The notes under the pieces are model-generated. The model saw only the letters and a program-made list of their open reading frames with translations. It ran no database searches and was not told where the DNA came from. The position numbers and the translations under genes were made by a program. A stretch of DNA of 63,719 bases, counting the filler, from Octopus bimaculoides (taxonomy: Eukaryota): assembly GCF_001194135.2 (NCBI RefSeq). It is 6 parts of 5 records of this genome, joined end to end, with 100 filler letters (N's around TTAATTAATTAA, not from the genome) between each part and the next. Parts side by side here need not be neighbours in the genome. Positions count along the whole stretch, not along the records: positions 61,848 to 63,719 come from NC_068982.1; 5 more parts are not named here. One strand, given 5' to 3'. Of this stretch, positions 62,426 through 63,719 are shown in pieces (within the stretch, counting starts at the first letter, position 1; each line of letters starts with the position of its first letter).

Positions 62426-63719
62426 TCTCTCTATTCTTTACAAGACAATTCTGATGTCGCTGGGATCGAAGCCTCGGCATCGTTTGCTTCTGAGACAGAG
62501 GATTGCAACGGACTGTGAGACTAGTAGGGCTACTGGGTTAGCAACCCCCGAAATTATGATCTTAAGATGCTCAAGGAAATGCAGCCTAGTGCTGTCATTA
62601 TCTTTCTCTTTTGCTCCACTTTCCCACCGCATCAGAACAAAAGTACTTAAGTGGCTTTTGCTAAAAGAGCTGTAAAAATAGAGGGTTTTTTTTCTATACT
62701 CCCATCAGCCTCATCGCATTTGTCTCGACACCCGCAACAAGACACAGTTACATACTGATCATGTGTTCTTGAAGAGTCATAAAGATTAACAATCTATTTA
62801 TGCAATCTCCACCATTTCATGGAGCTTCTCGTTGCTTGTCCATTTATATATTCATATTGACTTACAAAAGCAACAGAAAGTTGAAATAGTTTCATTTACA
62901 ATGCTCTGACTGTCATCTTTGAGTACGCAGCTCCTTATGAGTTTAAGGACTAAATCTCTAAATCGTTTTAATCTTTGGATTCGTGCCACGCATCGCACTC
63001 AGACTTAAAGGTCAGACAAATAGTGCTGTAAGGATTGCCTTTATGGACAAAATAACTGTCCAGATATTTGCTAAAACTCTTCCATATCAGGTATCTCGAG
63101 GGCAAAGTGAATCTTTCTTTGTAAGGCAAAGATAGGTCAGTTTTCTTGTTTCCCGCTCCTGAAAAAATATTCCTATCAAGGAGACAATCACAGTTCTATT
63201 TCGAATTGTAATTTGTCAATATCCAAAGTTTCAATACTGGAGGCTTCCATTTGCGCATTTCTCACACGAAAAGCTGTGGTGTATTTAAACGAGAGCATCA
63301 ACGTTTTTATTGTTGTTGTTGTTACTGTTGCTGCTGCTGCTGTTGTTGTTGTTCTTGTTATGGTTGTTGTTGCAGTTACTGTCTCTACTGATCGTGTTTC
63401 CAATCCCACTCAAGTCACTATTTTTTTTTCCCCGGGAAAAAAAAATCAATATTTTCCACTTCTAAACCATATGTGTCTCGCTGCAAAGAAGACCCATTGT
63501 TGTTTTCCCAATACACGCTTTCCTTTTTTTTTTTTTTTTTTGGTAGGCGTTTCCTTGTTCATGAATAAAGTCAAATCAAAAGAAACTACAAAATGACCAA
63601 TAAAATTCTTTTCTTTTTACTTCAAAATATGGCGAAAATCAACTAGATTTCACTTCCTTGGTAAAAAGTGGTATACGACATGTAAAAATTTTTATCCAGT
63701 TTTTCAAAAAAAGGTGTTG

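Overview
AT-rich, microsatellite- and gap-laden animal genomic DNA. The SINE and repeat families are those I recall from octopod cephalopods, so the taxon is an inference. Two host genes are supported. (1) The last two coding exons of a ZEB/zfh1 zinc-finger gene (+, about 22315-22507 and 26477-26700). (2) A minus-strand exon encoding a signal peptide plus a PAN/apple domain (14672-14984), possibly nested antisense in a ZEB intron. The rest is mostly TE debris: a Helitron, several Penelope-like elements (PLEs), RTE and CR1-like LINE fragments, two mariner remnants, hAT/piggyBac/Merlin-like MITEs and at least four SINE families. The most unusual signal is about 10 hammerhead-ribozyme-like motifs (CTGANGA...GAAA...GTH) in different non-autonomous architectures. 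These include a 555-bp foldback with one hammerhead per arm (9253-9807), a tRNA-headed SINE with a hammerhead tail (23030-23290) and a 400-bp palindrome with a hammerhead in its loop (40052-40452). Also notable are a TIR/8-bp-TSD element carrying a telomeric array and a 3-kb inverted duplication. Five 44N-TTAATTAATTAA-44N linkers and an Illumina adapter remnant are assembly artefacts, so contiguity across the linkers is unproven. Repeat boundaries are approximate (about +/-10 bp) unless TIR/TSD coordinates are given. No prokaryotic features, CRISPR arrays, rRNA genes or bona fide tRNA genes were seen.
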